The notes: generated by a model not told the origin, from the sequence alone. Positions 29,721-39,949 are shown, counted from the first letter of the stretch. The stretch: 64,000 bases of DNA from Candidatus Latescibacterota bacterium (GCA_965219385.1 CBDCNM010000002.1:3668305-3732304), one strand, 5' to 3'. A program made the numbers and translations.

Positions 29721-29904
29721 GCGCCCGGAAAATGGCCATCTACATTACCAACGGGCCGGGTTGTTTAGCACAAACATCGGGAAAAGGTTTCACTGTACCG
29801 GCGCTTGGAGAAAAATTGCGGAGAGGAATGCTTGCCAGGTATATACTCGTGTAGAATCATATATCCAAGCGCCCGAATGTCAAACCTCGCGTGAGAAAAG
29901 ACAG

Positions 29905-30801
29905 ATGATGGAGAGACTGGGTAGACTGGTGGACTCGGACGAGTTCCAACACGGGATCCTCGCGGTAATCGTGCTGGCGGCGTTGCTGGTTGGGCTGGAG
30001 ACTTCGCGGGATCTGGTGGAGCGCCACGGAGAATTGCTGCACGGGCTCGACTTGCTGGTTCTGTGGATCTTCGTCGTCGAGGCGGCGCTCAAGATCGCGC
30101 GCCACGGCCGACGCTGGTACCGCTACTTCGGCGACCCCTGGAATGTCTTCGACTTCCTGATCGTGGTCGTCTGCTTGCTGCCGATCGGAGGCCAGTACGC
30201 GGCGGTGCTGCGGCTGGCGCGGGTTCTGCGGGCGCTGCGGCTGGTGACGGCGGTGCCGAAGCTGCAGTTGCTGGTCAGTTCGCTACTCAAGTCGATCCCC
30301 TCGCTGGGCTATGTCGGTTTGCTGATGGGGGTGCTATTCTACGTCTACGCGGTTATGGGCGTCTCTATGTTTCGCGGCAACGACCCGGTCCACTTCCAGG
30401 ATCTGTCGACGGCGCTGCTGACGCTCTTCCGGGTGGTGACGCTGGAGGACTGGACGGACGTGATGTACATCCAGATGTACGGCAGCAATGCCTATCCGGG
30501 CTACGCCGACTACGCCCAGGCCCATTTGCGCGAAGCCTCGCGGGGCTTGCCGATCCTCGGGGCCGCCTACTTCGTGTCCTTCGTGATGCTGGGTACGATG
30601 ATCATGCTGAATCTGTTTATCGGCGTGATCATCAACTCAATGGACGAAGCCGAGGCCGAAAGGGAGGCGACGGCGCGGCGACGGCACATTGAACGGGACG
30701 GCGAGATCAGCGTCGGCGACGAGATCCGCCTGATCGAGGAGGAAGTGCAGAAGCTGTCGCGGCGTTTGGGGGAGTTGCGGCGGCGGGCCGATGGGGAATG
30801 A
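29905..30801 (+). CDS. Bacterial voltage-gated cation channel (BacNav family), filter TLEDWTD
   Basis: WNVFDF, S4 LRLARVLRALRL, pore TLFRVVTLEDWTD, S6 LNLFIGVII, coiled-coil tail. Confidence 0.93.
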   Translation: MMERLGRLVDSDEFQHGILAVIVLAALLVGLETSRDLVERHGELLHGLDLLVLWIFVVEAALKIARHGRRWYRYFGDPWNVFDFLIVVVCLLPIGGQYAAVLRLARVLRALRLVTAVPKLQLLVSSLLKSIPSLGYVGLLMGVLFYVYAVMGVSMFRGNDPVHFQDLSTALLTLFRVVTLEDWTDVMYIQMYGSNAYPGYADYAQAHLREASRGLPILGAAYFVSFVMLGTMIMLNLFIGVIINSMDEAEAEREATARRRHIERDGEISVGDEIRLIEEEVQKLSRRLGELRRRADGE

Positions 30802-30847
30802 CTGTTTAGACCTATCCGCCTGCCTTGAAGCAGTCACAACCATCTCC

Positions 30848-31289
30848 TCAAGGTTGGGCCGGGTGTTTTTCGTCGTAGAGTTGGGCGATCTCGGCGCCCA
30901 GGATGAAGATGACGGCCGCGTAGTATATCCACAACGCCACAACCACCAACAAAAGATAGGCTCCGTACAGATATTGGATAGAGGCAGAATGGCTCAGGTA
31001 ATAGCCGAACCCCTGTTTGGCCAGTTCCCACAGCAGGGCCGCCCATAAAGCACCTATAGCCAGCCCTTTTGTCCGGGGCCTCTCGTCGGGCACCAGCCAG
31101 TACAGGGACAAGAACACCGCAAAGATCAGGGCGAAGGAGGCGATGCTGAGGTAGCCCATGTAAGAGTGCAGCGCCTTGTCGACAATGGCCTCCAGAATGG
31201 GCATGTTGTCGGCAACCGCCCCCATAATCGGCATCGAGATGACGGACAGCAAAAACAAGAACACCAACAAGAACACTAAAAGTAAATAT
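30848..31289 (-). pseudogene. YihY/BrkB family membrane protein, 5' half removed at the IS66 junction
   Basis: YWLVP...GALWAALLWELAK.GF.YY...YGA...LWIYY.AVIFILGAE. Confidence 0.8.
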
Positions 31290-31910
31290 GCAAGCGTTCA
31301 GCGCCCTCTGAGCCTGTGGGTATTGCTTCATCGTTGGTTTGATTCTATGTTTTTAGCCCCGCCGATGGTTTGGCATTCTTCTTTAGCCGAATCGGTCTAT
31401 GGATAAACCTGCTGACATTCCCATTCCTGATGCTGATTAGCAAACGCCCGCTTCGGTCCAGGCCGTGGTGCCTACGTTGTGGTCCCGTGTCGGGCAGTTG
31501 GAGGACGAGGTGGCTACCTTGCGCGAGCAGCTGGGTAAAACCTCGCACCATTCGTCGCGGCCTCCCTCGAGTGATCCCCTTTCGTTAGTCAAGCCCTCGC
31601 GCCAGCCTTCGGGGCGCAAACCGGGCGGTCAACCGGGGCATAAGGGCCACGGTCGCCCGCTGTTGCCACCCGATCAGGTGGATGAGATGATACCGGTCAA
31701 ACCTGCTTCGTGTCGGGGCTGTGGGGCCGCGTTGGCCGGCGATGATCCCCGTCCGCATCGCCCTCCGGTCCATGCGTTGCCTCCGATCAAGGCCCATGTA
31801 ACTGAGTATCAGCGGCATACCTTGCGGTGTGGGGGGTGGCCAGACCTTGACGGAAGCGGCGTGGCCAGCGGGGGTGCCCCAGGGCGGTTTGGACCGCGCG
31901 TGCAGGCCTT
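31290..31910 (+). mobile_element. IS66-family (ISBst12-like) remnant with degenerate transposase N-terminus
   Basis: End GCAAGCGTTCAGCG at 31290; KTSHHSSRPPSSD, KPGGQPGHKG, CRGCG, VTEYQ, then frameshift and truncation. Confidence 0.8.
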
Positions 31911-32022
31911 GGTCAGAAGGAAGGAGGGTGGGGCAAGGAACGGCTTATAATGGCGGTCTTGGGCGGAGTCCTGGTGGCCGTGATCGAGATCTGACGGCGA
32001 GGCTCAACCGATTTTATCACAA

Positions 32023-32325
32023 TTAGCCGGCAGGCAGCTGCAGTTTGGGCTCTTTGGGGTCGGGGCGGTAGAGCAGGAGGGTGTGGCCGAGGGTCTGGAT
32101 CAGGTGGGATCCGGTTTCCTCCGCCAGTTTTGGCCCCAGTTCCTTGCGGTCGAGGGGGCAGTTTTGCTCCAGCTTGATCTTGATGAGTTCGCCGGTGTTG
32201 TAGGCCTCTTCCACGGTGCGCAGCAGGGCCGGCGTAAGCCCCTCTTTGCCCACGTACACAACCGGCTTGAGCCGGTTGGCCAAGCTTTTCAAATAGCGCC
32301 GCTGGATGCCTTTCAGTTCTTCCAT
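32023..32325 (-). CDS. yhbY: YhbY/CRM-domain RNA-binding protein
   Basis: QRRYLKSLA..LKPVVYVGKEG, ELIKIK, QTLGHTLLLYR. Confidence 0.92.
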   Translation of the reverse strand: MEELKGIQRRYLKSLANRLKPVVYVGKEGLTPALLRTVEEAYNTGELIKIKLEQNCPLDRKELGPKLAEETGSHLIQTLGHTLLLYRPDPKEPKLQLPAG

Positions 32326-32332
32326 GATTTCC

Positions 32333-32731
32333 TCAATTGATCTCGTAGTCTAGGTGGACGGCGTCGGAGCGCAGGCGCTGGCGCACGGCTCTTTTCAGGT
32401 AGGTCTTGACCAGGTGGCGGGTGCCCGGGATCAGGGCGGCAAAGCCGATGCAATCGGTGAGTAGGCCGGGGGTGAGCAAGAGCAGTCCACCGGCCAGGAT
32501 CAGGACGCCGTCGAAGATTTCGTCGCCCGGGAATCCGCCCGAGGCCAGGGTTTGTCGCAGGCGGCGGAAGGCCCGGACGCCCTGGGAGCGCGCCAGAGCC
32601 GCGCCGGCCGCGCCCGTGCCCACCACCAGGATCACGGTGGGCAGGACGCCCAGGTACTGGCCCACCTGGATGAGGAGGGCCAGTTCGACGATGGGCACGA
32701 GGGTGAAGAGCAGGAGCAGACGGAAAAACAT
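32333..32731 (-). CDS. fxsA: FxsA family membrane protein
   Basis: VPIVEL, ARSQG, GGLLLLTPGLLTD. Confidence 0.92.
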   Translation of the reverse strand: MFFRLLLLFTLVPIVELALLIQVGQYLGVLPTVILVVGTGAAGAALARSQGVRAFRRLRQTLASGGFPGDEIFDGVLILAGGLLLLTPGLLTDCIGFAALIPGTRHLVKTYLKRAVRQRLRSDAVHLDYEIN

Positions 32732-32882
32732 GGCGAGATCGGTTCGGAACAGGGTGAAAGTGTCCCAGAGAATATAGATTTCTCGCAGGCCCGTGTCGAG
32801 GTTGTAGTAGACGCAATCTTCTGTTTGGCTATATTTGTATTACTCACATAACGCGCGCAACCCTCACCTGGAGACAAGATTA

Positions 32883-33503
32883 ATGGGAAGCTGGATTCAG
32901 AAAGCATCCATGCCCACCCCACGCCACGATTTGCAGGCTGTGGCCGTGGGCGGCAAGATCTACGCCATTTCCGGCGCCGGGTACCTGACCGTGGACGCGG
33001 TCGAGATCTACGACGTGGAGACCGACACCTGGACGCCGGGGCCGCCGATTCCCACCAAGCGGGGCTGGCTGGGCGCCGATCTGCTGGACAATAAAATCTA
33101 CGTGGCCGGCGGCAAGACCATCCGCACCTCCGAGGAAAAGGAGAGCAGCGGCGATGATACCCACTTCAAGATCCGGGATGCGCTGGAGGTGCTGGACCTG
33201 GAGACCCGTACCTGGTCGGCGCTGGAACCTCTGAGCGAGCCCCGGGCGGGGGTGTCGGTCACGGCCTGTGGCGGCAAGATCTACGCCATCGGCGGCAAGG
33301 GGGACGATTACAGCGATGTCACCGAGATCTATGATATCGAGTCTGGCGCCTGGTCCTCCGATACCCCACTGCCCGGCAAGTGCGCCTGGCTGGATGCCGC
33401 CGTGGTAGACGAGCGCATCTTTGTCGTGGGCGGGGCCTGCAGATGGAGTAAGAACAGGCCGGATTATAAGTGGTTCGACGAGTTGTACGAGTTTGTCTTG
33501 TAG
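32883..33503 (+). CDS. Kelch-repeat protein
   Basis: Repeats of GGKIYAI.G...VEIYD.E...W...P.P..R. Confidence 0.88.
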   Translation: MGSWIQKASMPTPRHDLQAVAVGGKIYAISGAGYLTVDAVEIYDVETDTWTPGPPIPTKRGWLGADLLDNKIYVAGGKTIRTSEEKESSGDDTHFKIRDALEVLDLETRTWSALEPLSEPRAGVSVTACGGKIYAIGGKGDDYSDVTEIYDIESGAWSSDTPLPGKCAWLDAAVVDERIFVVGGACRWSKNRPDYKWFDELYEFVL

Positions 33504-33555
33504 GGCGGCGGGGCCGTAGTTGGGTGAACGTCTTACCTTTTTCTTGGAGAGAACG

Positions 33556-34404
33556 ATGAAACGGATACCACTGGCGACCCTGCTAATGATGTGGGTAGGT
33601 GCGGGCTATGCCAATGAAGAGATCGCCGTGGACCTGCTTGGTGGAACGACGATGGAGATGGTGTGGATTGAGCCGGGGACGTTTCTAATGGGATCGCCGG
33701 ACTCGGATCCGGGGCGATGGTCGACCGAAGGGCCGCAGCACGAAGTGACCATCAGCCAGGGATTCTACCTGGGAAAATTCGAGATTACCCAGGTGCAGTG
33801 GGAGGTGGTGACGGGCACAGCGATCTGGTCCGATCAAAGGTACGTGCAGTCCAATCTGGACCACCCGGCGGTCTATATTTCCTGGGATGACATCCAGGAG
33901 TTTATAGGCCGTTTGAACGAATCGGCAGGCGAGGCACTATATCGGCTGCCGACCGAGGCAGAGTGGGAGTATGCCTGCCGGGCGGGGACGACGACACCGT
34001 GGTCGTTCGCGGGCGAGGAGAGCCGGCTGGGAGACTATGCGTGGTACATGGCCAATGCCTGGAATGCAGGGGAGCAATATGCTCATAAAGTTGGAACAAA
34101 GCGGCCGAATCCGTGGGGGTTGTACGATATGCACGGCAATGTGTGGGAGTGGGTGCAGGACTGGTTGGGTTCGTATTCCAGCGACAGTCAGATAGACCCC
34201 ACAGGTCCTGCTGTAAGCCCCTTCCGCGTCTTTCGGGGCGGCGGCTTCGACAACTTCTCCTGGGATTTGCGCTCGACGCGTCGCCATGGTTTCGCTCCTT
34301 CCTCCCGCTACAGCGGCATTGGCGCCCGCCTGTTGAGGATGGGACCGAAGCTTACCTCTGTTCCAACCAAAACTTGGGGCCAGGTCAAAGACACAACGCG
34401 CTAA
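33556..34404 (+). CDS. Secreted FGE-sulfatase/SUMF1 (CLec-fold) domain protein with C-terminal TWGQVK motif
   Basis: Signal peptide; FLMGS, RLPTEAEWEYACRAG, NPWGLYDMHGNVWEW, RVFRGG. Confidence 0.93.
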   Translation: MKRIPLATLLMMWVGAGYANEEIAVDLLGGTTMEMVWIEPGTFLMGSPDSDPGRWSTEGPQHEVTISQGFYLGKFEITQVQWEVVTGTAIWSDQRYVQSNLDHPAVYISWDDIQEFIGRLNESAGEALYRLPTEAEWEYACRAGTTTPWSFAGEESRLGDYAWYMANAWNAGEQYAHKVGTKRPNPWGLYDMHGNVWEWVQDWLGSYSSDSQIDPTGPAVSPFRVFRGGGFDNFSWDLRSTRRHGFAPSSRYSGIGARLLRMGPKLTSVPTKTWGQVKDTTR

Positions 34405-34530
34405 TCGGCCGGTAGCCATCTCCGCTGGAACAGTCGGGGACGGGGGTCGCGCTACAAGCGTATTCTGGGGGCACGTCTGATGTAGGGCGGCGGGTCTTGA
34501 GATGGAACGGTTTTTGCGTTTCCCCGGGGC

Positions 34531-36933
34531 ATGGCTGAGGCACAGACATCCAGAAAACGCCGGCCGGCGCTGTGGACCGCCCTGAGCTTTGGAGCAGGTC
34601 TGGCCCTGGCACACTATGGGACTCTTCCCATTGCTCTCCTGTTGATCCTTGCATTTGTGCTGGTCCTGGCAGCCCTGGTCGTGGTGCTGAAGGGCCGGCA
34701 AGCGGCCTGGTTGTTTCTGATCCTGGTGCTGGTCCTGGGCGCCCTGCGTTACCAAGTCGATACACTACTGTTACCTGCAAACCACATTCTCCACGTCGGC
34801 CTTTTGGGAAAGAAAGGCATCATCCGGGGCCGCGTGGCCGAGGAGCCCGAACGGCACGGGGAGCGGACCCGCTTTGCGCTGGAACTGGAGGAGGTGGAGA
34901 CGGACAGTGCTTTTTACCGGGTGTCGGGCCGGGTGCTGGTCAGTGCCCGGGAGGTGGGGGTAGGGGCCGGGTACGGGGACCGGGTCGCCCTGCAGGGCCG
35001 GCTGCAAAGGCCCCAGCCGGCGCGCAATCCCGGCGGCTTTGACTACCGCGGCTTTCTGGCCCTGCAGCACATCCACGGGCTGCTCTACCTGCGCCGACCC
35101 GAGCAAATCGTGCAGGTGGAGGAACGGCCCGGCCAGGTCCTCTACGAGTACGGGGTCCTGCCCATCCGCCGTGCCATCCGCCAGACCATCCAGCGCAACC
35201 TGCGGGGGGCGCCGGCCGGTTTGCTGCAGGGCATGTTGCTGGGGGAGAAGCACCGCATTCCGGAGGAGATCCGCGCCAGCTTCCGCAGTACCGGACTGGC
35301 CCATGCCTTGGTCATCAGCGGTTTGCACGTGGGACTGATCACGGTGTTCTTCTTCACCGGCTTCAAGCTGTGCCGGCTGCCGGATCGCTGCACCTCGGGC
35401 GCCACCGTGGGGGTGCTGGTGCTCTACGCCTTGGTCACCGAGTTGCAGCCGCCGGTGGTGCGGGCCACGATCATGGCCGGGGTGATCCTCCTGGGGCGAG
35501 TCCTGGGCCGGCAGGGCGATATCTACAATTCCCTGGGTTTGGCCGCTCTCCTCATCCTCATGGTCTGGCCGGCCAGCCTGCTGAGCCTGAGCTTCCAGCT
35601 TTCCTTTGGCGCCACCCTGGCCATCGTGGGCCTGCATGGCCCCTTGGCCGGATGGTTTCCCTTAGCCTGGCGGCGGGAAGACGGCTGGATCGGCAAATGG
35701 GTGGTCGGCCCGCTGTGTGTGACCCTGGCGGCTCAGGTGGGCACGGCACCGCTGATCGCCCATCACTTCCAGCACTTTGCACCGATTTCCCTGGTCGCCA
35801 ACCTGATGGTGGTGCCGCTGCTGGGGCTGGTGGTCGGGCTGGGGTTGTTCAGTGCTTTGAGTGGCTGGTGCCTGCCGCTCATGGCCACGGCCTTCAACGC
35901 GTGCAACTACCTGGTGATCAAGCTCCTGCTGGGGCTGGTGGATGGTTTTGCAAGGGTGCCCTTTGCTTCTGCCCAAGTGCCCCAACCAGGGTGGGGTTTT
36001 CTGGTTGGGGTCGGAGTGATGGGCTTGCTGATGGTTTGGATTCCGCAGAGTCGGCGACTCTGGAAGACAGGGCTTTTCGCCGTGCTGGTCGGGCTCAATG
36101 TGACAGCGTGGAACCAGGTGCTCAAACCGCGCGATCTAGAGGTGGTCTTTCTGGATGTGGGCCAGGGCGACGGGGCCTTCCTGCGCTTCCCCAGCGGCAA
36201 GACCATGGTGGTGGATGCCGGGGCGCGCAGTGCCCGCTTTGATTACGGGGCGCGGGTGCTACTGCCCTTTCTGCGCTACTACGGCGTAGACCGGATCGAC
36301 GTGGTGGTGGCCTCGCATCCGCACAACGATCACATCGGCGGGCTGGTGGCCCTGCTCGAAGAAGTGGAGGTGGGGCACTACCTGGACAGCGGCCAGACCT
36401 ACGACTCGTGGACGGCGCGAAGGTTGCGGCAATTGATCCGGGAGAAGGGGATCTGCTACCACCAAGTGGCCGCCGGCGACACTCTGGTGGGCCTGGGCGG
36501 GGTGGGGGGTATGGTACTACATCCCACCGGCGCATTCGTTGATCCACAGGGCGCTTCGCCCCACAATTTGAACAACGGCTCGGTGGTCCTGCGGCTGAGC
36601 TACGGGGCGACGAGCCTGTTGTTTACCGGGGATATAGAGGAGGAGACCGACGGGGCCATGCTGGGCTGGGGCGAGCATTTGCGGGCCGGGATTCTCAAGG
36701 TGGCGCACCACGGCTCGGGAACCTCTTCGCGACCTTGGTTTGTCGAGGCGGTACAACCGCGGATCGCGGTGGTGTCGGTGGGCGCCTTCAACAAATTCGG
36801 GCATCCGGCCATGGGGGTGATGGATCGCTTCGAGGAGAGCGGGGTGCGGGTGTACCGCACGGACCAGTATGGGGCGGTTGTGTTGCGGACGGATGGCGAG
36901 GAGGTCGAGGTGGAGACCATGCTGGCGCGCTGA
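34531..36933 (+). CDS. comEC: DNA internalisation competence protein ComEC/Rec2
   Basis: NPGGFDY, AHALVISGLHVG, FLDVGQGD, SHPHNDHIGG, KVAHHGS. Confidence 0.97.
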   Translation: MAEAQTSRKRRPALWTALSFGAGLALAHYGTLPIALLLILAFVLVLAALVVVLKGRQAAWLFLILVLVLGALRYQVDTLLLPANHILHVGLLGKKGIIRGRVAEEPERHGERTRFALELEEVETDSAFYRVSGRVLVSAREVGVGAGYGDRVALQGRLQRPQPARNPGGFDYRGFLALQHIHGLLYLRRPEQIVQVEERPGQVLYEYGVLPIRRAIRQTIQRNLRGAPAGLLQGMLLGEKHRIPEEIRASFRSTGLAHALVISGLHVGLITVFFFTGFKLCRLPDRCTSGATVGVLVLYALVTELQPPVVRATIMAGVILLGRVLGRQGDIYNSLGLAALLILMVWPASLLSLSFQLSFGATLAIVGLHGPLAGWFPLAWRREDGWIGKWVVGPLCVTLAAQVGTAPLIAHHFQHFAPISLVANLMVVPLLGLVVGLGLFSALSGWCLPLMATAFNACNYLVIKLLLGLVDGFARVPFASAQVPQPGWGFLVGVGVMGLLMVWIPQSRRLWKTGLFAVLVGLNVTAWNQVLKPRDLEVVFLDVGQGDGAFLRFPSGKTMVVDAGARSARFDYGARVLLPFLRYYGVDRIDVVVASHPHNDHIGGLVALLEEVEVGHYLDSGQTYDSWTARRLRQLIREKGICYHQVAAGDTLVGLGGVGGMVLHPTGAFVDPQGASPHNLNNGSVVLRLSYGATSLLFTGDIEEETDGAMLGWGEHLRAGILKVAHHGSGTSSRPWFVEAVQPRIAVVSVGAFNKFGHPAMGVMDRFEESGVRVYRTDQYGAVVLRTDGEEVEVETMLAR

Positions 36934-36963
36934 GCAATGCTTCGAGCAATCGGCGCCGGTCGA

Positions 36964-37092
36964 GGGGGTATGGTACTGCATCCCACCGGCGCATTCGTCG
37001 ATCCACAGGGCGCTTCGCCTCACAATTTGAACAACGGCCCGGTGGTCCTGCGGCTGAGTTGCGGGGTGACGAGCTTGTTGTTTACCGAGGAT
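36964..37092 (+). repeat. 129-bp diverged copy of an internal comEC segment (36505-36633)
   Basis: Gap-free hand alignment, 9 mismatches, all transitions. Confidence 0.92.
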
Positions 37093-37225
37093 CGCCTTTC
37101 TTCACACCGGACTTCTTTTCGACTTTCTCTATATTCCGTATATTCCAATCCTGCAAGCTGTCCCTGTGCGTCCATTGCCAGGTCGTCGACGACGGCTACT
37201 TGGCTCGACAACTGGAGCTGGTTCG

Positions 37226-38047
37226 ATGAACGAAGAGCAGCGCTTTGCATTCGACACGTGGGGGTTTCTAATCGTGGAGGATGCCCTCACACCCGAGCAG
37301 GTAGCAGAGCTCAAGGCCTCGGTCGACAAGAGGGGGGCGGAGCTCCATTCGCAGCATAAGAAAAACGGCGGTTTCTGGTCGCAGGCCTTCGTCGACCTGC
37401 TCGACGTTCCGGTTGTATCGGCGCTTCTGGACGAGATCTACGGCGGCGCGCCAGCCGGAGGACTGCCGGCCTTCCGGATCGATCACATCAACGTGCACAC
37501 CCACGGGGTGTTCAACAAGAATCTCGCCGGCGGCACGATTCACAACGGCAACCAGCGGCTACTGAATCCCGATCTGCCCCATGAGCTGCACACGATCTAC
37601 TCCGGCCGCGACTCCGACAGCGGGGCCTTTGAGAACGGCCTCGTCGCCGTGGCTTACGAATTGGAGGACACGGTCTGCAACGACGGCGGCTTCGCCTGTC
37701 TGGCCGGCTCCCACAAAGCCCACTACCGCGTTCCGGAGGAGTGGGTGGATCTGTCCAAGGGGGCGCATCCGATGATCACCCGGGTCCCCGCCCGGGCCGG
37801 AACCGCCATAATCTTCACCGAGGCCGTGGCGCACGGCACCCTGCCGTGGACGGCACCGAGCACGCGCACGACCCTCTTCTACAAGTACACCAAGCAAGGG
37901 GAAGCGTGGTCTGGCCCGGACAACTTTTTCCACCCATCCGACGCCGATGGGTGGCAGAGAGTGGACGCCCGCAAGCGCGCCATCCTGACGCCGCCATCGC
38001 CGTCCTACGTCGAACGCAAAGCAGAGTTGGCCAGGCAGAGGGCATAG
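37226..38047 (+). CDS. Phytanoyl-CoA dioxygenase (PhyH) family protein
   Basis: FDTWGFLIVEDALT, IHNG, GGFACLAGSHK, FTEAVAHGTLPW. Confidence 0.88.
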   Translation: MNEEQRFAFDTWGFLIVEDALTPEQVAELKASVDKRGAELHSQHKKNGGFWSQAFVDLLDVPVVSALLDEIYGGAPAGGLPAFRIDHINVHTHGVFNKNLAGGTIHNGNQRLLNPDLPHELHTIYSGRDSDSGAFENGLVAVAYELEDTVCNDGGFACLAGSHKAHYRVPEEWVDLSKGAHPMITRVPARAGTAIIFTEAVAHGTLPWTAPSTRTTLFYKYTKQGEAWSGPDNFFHPSDADGWQRVDARKRAILTPPSPSYVERKAELARQRA

Positions 38048-38079
38048 GTGCCATCCACACCCGGAGCAGAAGAGCAAAC

Positions 38080-38283
38080 ATGCAAGCAGACCTCGTGCTT
38101 TGCTGGATGCCTTTTGCCAAGGGCACGGAGGAGTTCTTTCAGCACCCGATCCTCGAAGCGCTGTGCACCTTCTTTGACGAAGAGGAGCTGGGTACGGACT
38201 TTCTCTACGAGCGGCAGCAGAAGGGGCTTCCCGACCTGCAACAGACGCCGGGTGTCGTCTGCGGTGGGCCAATGGCGAAGTAG
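38080..38283 (+). CDS. Small hypothetical ORF or gene fragment
   Basis: Coding-like codon use after a purine-rich RBS; no recognisable motif. Confidence 0.3.
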   Translation: MQADLVLCWMPFAKGTEEFFQHPILEALCTFFDEEELGTDFLYERQQKGLPDLQQTPGVVCGGPMAK

Positions 38284-38388
38284 ATCAGCGGGGGCAGTTA
38301 TTGGTCCTTTGTGGTTCGGGGCGGGCGGCTTCCAAAGCCGCCGATTGGGATTCTGTAGCAATAGGTTTTCACCCGTTCCCCTCCGCGA

Positions 38389-39861
38389 TCAGGATTCGTC
38401 CGCGAACGGATCGTCCACCCAGGGATACTGATTGAGGTCGACCCGGGTGTAGGGAATGCCTTCGAATTTAGGGGCGACCGTCCCCGGAGCCGACATGTAG
38501 ATCACTTCGGCGGCAATGGGTGCAAAGGCGCCGTAAAAGTGGTGAATGGATTTCACCACCAGCAAGCGCCTTTGCACCGGGTCGATGCCCAGCTTGCTGA
38601 AGACCTGGGGCGATAGCACCTGGCCGCGCTTGGTGTTGACGACGATGTCGACGCTCTGGCAATGGAGCCGCACCGCGTCGCCGACCTCGACGGTGAGTGG
38701 TTTGCCATCGCCCTGGGGCCATTGCTGATTCATGTCCAGGTGGATGGCAGCCACCTCGACCCTGATGTCCAGTGGGTTCCCCGAGGTGGGCCCCATCTTG
38801 CCGCCCAACCGCACGTCCAGGGTGGCGCCGACCCCGGCCGCCTTGGCGATGTCGACGACTATGGGATCCCACATCATGCCCAGGGCAGCCTCGGTCACCC
38901 CTCGTTGCAACAGCTCCGCGAGGACGAAGGTGGAATCGCTGGGGGCGCCGCCGCCGGCGTTGTCGGCCTGATCGGCCACCACCACCGGCCGCCTGTCCGT
39001 GGCCAGGGCCTTATCGAGCGCCTGGTCCACGGGCAGCGAATCGAAGTTCACCTGGTGGCGCAGGGAAAAGAAGCGGCGGCCCCACTCCTCGGCGAGTTTT
39101 TCCGCTTGTTCCTGGTCGCCGTCGGTGATGGCCAGCATCCGCGTGCCGATGGTGGGAATGTCCGCCCAGGGGAAGCCGTGGACCAGTGACAGGGAGAGGA
39201 CATTGTCTTTGCCTTCCTGCGCCAGCATATCGTCCACGAAGGTGCGCAGGGGGCCATAGGAGGTTGGATACGACCCGATCATGCGGCAGTCGAACAAACC
39301 CATGGTCGGATTGGTTTCTCCGGCCGCGGCGGCGGCCGTGAGCTCGAACAGGTCGCGGGCCCGGTCGGCAACATCCGTGTGGGGAAACTCCTTGTAGAGG
39401 ACGATGACATCGGCCAGCTCGGTCATCTCCCGGGTCACGTCGCAGTGCAGGTCCAGCAACACCCCTATTTTGGTTTGGAGGCCGACGCGCTGGCGCACCC
39501 GCTGCAGGATGTCGGTTTCGCAATCGTCGTAGCCGTCGGCCACCATGGCTCCGTGCAGGGGCAGAAGCACCATGTCGACGGGGAGAACGGCCTCGAGAGC
39601 GTCCAGGAGTTCGTCCCGCAGGCTCTCGTACGCCGGGCGCGCGGTGAGGCCGGCCGGCTGGGCAAAGGCTTGCAGGCTGAACGTCAGGTCCCAGCCGTGG
39701 TTGCTGGCCATTTCCTGAAACGTGAGGCTGGCGGCGAAGAAAAAGAATCCCTCGCCGCTATCCGGGTCGTTCGCACGCCAGATGTCATAGTCGGCCAGCC
39801 CGGTGGGCACGGGGGAGAAGGTGTTGGTTTCGGTGGCTATGCCGCCGGTGTAGATGCGCAT
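38389..39861 (-). CDS. MlrC/M81 family metallopeptidase
   Basis: ATETNTFSP, LHGAM, DLHC, FPHTD, DQADNAGGGAPSD, VVKSIHHF. Confidence 0.93.
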   Translation of the reverse strand: MRIYTGGIATETNTFSPVPTGLADYDIWRANDPDSGEGFFFFAASLTFQEMASNHGWDLTFSLQAFAQPAGLTARPAYESLRDELLDALEAVLPVDMVLLPLHGAMVADGYDDCETDILQRVRQRVGLQTKIGVLLDLHCDVTREMTELADVIVLYKEFPHTDVADRARDLFELTAAAAAGETNPTMGLFDCRMIGSYPTSYGPLRTFVDDMLAQEGKDNVLSLSLVHGFPWADIPTIGTRMLAITDGDQEQAEKLAEEWGRRFFSLRHQVNFDSLPVDQALDKALATDRRPVVVADQADNAGGGAPSDSTFVLAELLQRGVTEAALGMMWDPIVVDIAKAAGVGATLDVRLGGKMGPTSGNPLDIRVEVAAIHLDMNQQWPQGDGKPLTVEVGDAVRLHCQSVDIVVNTKRGQVLSPQVFSKLGIDPVQRRLLVVKSIHHFYGAFAPIAAEVIYMSAPGTVAPKFEGIPYTRVDLNQYPWVDDPFADES

Positions 39862-39949
39862 GAGTCGCTCCTCTCTAAGAAGCCTTCTTAACGAGGGACC
39901 AGGACGCACCCGTCCCCGGCTCGAAGATCAGTGATACAAAAGTCGTCGA

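Noticed and set aside
36505..37092. comEC repeat pair as a DGR template/variable repeat
   Set aside because: Mismatches are not adenine-specific in either copy, and no reverse transcriptase is in the window
38389..39861. Microcystin degradation cluster
   Set aside because: Only an MlrC-family gene is present, with no mlrA, mlrB or mlrD; the family is widespread
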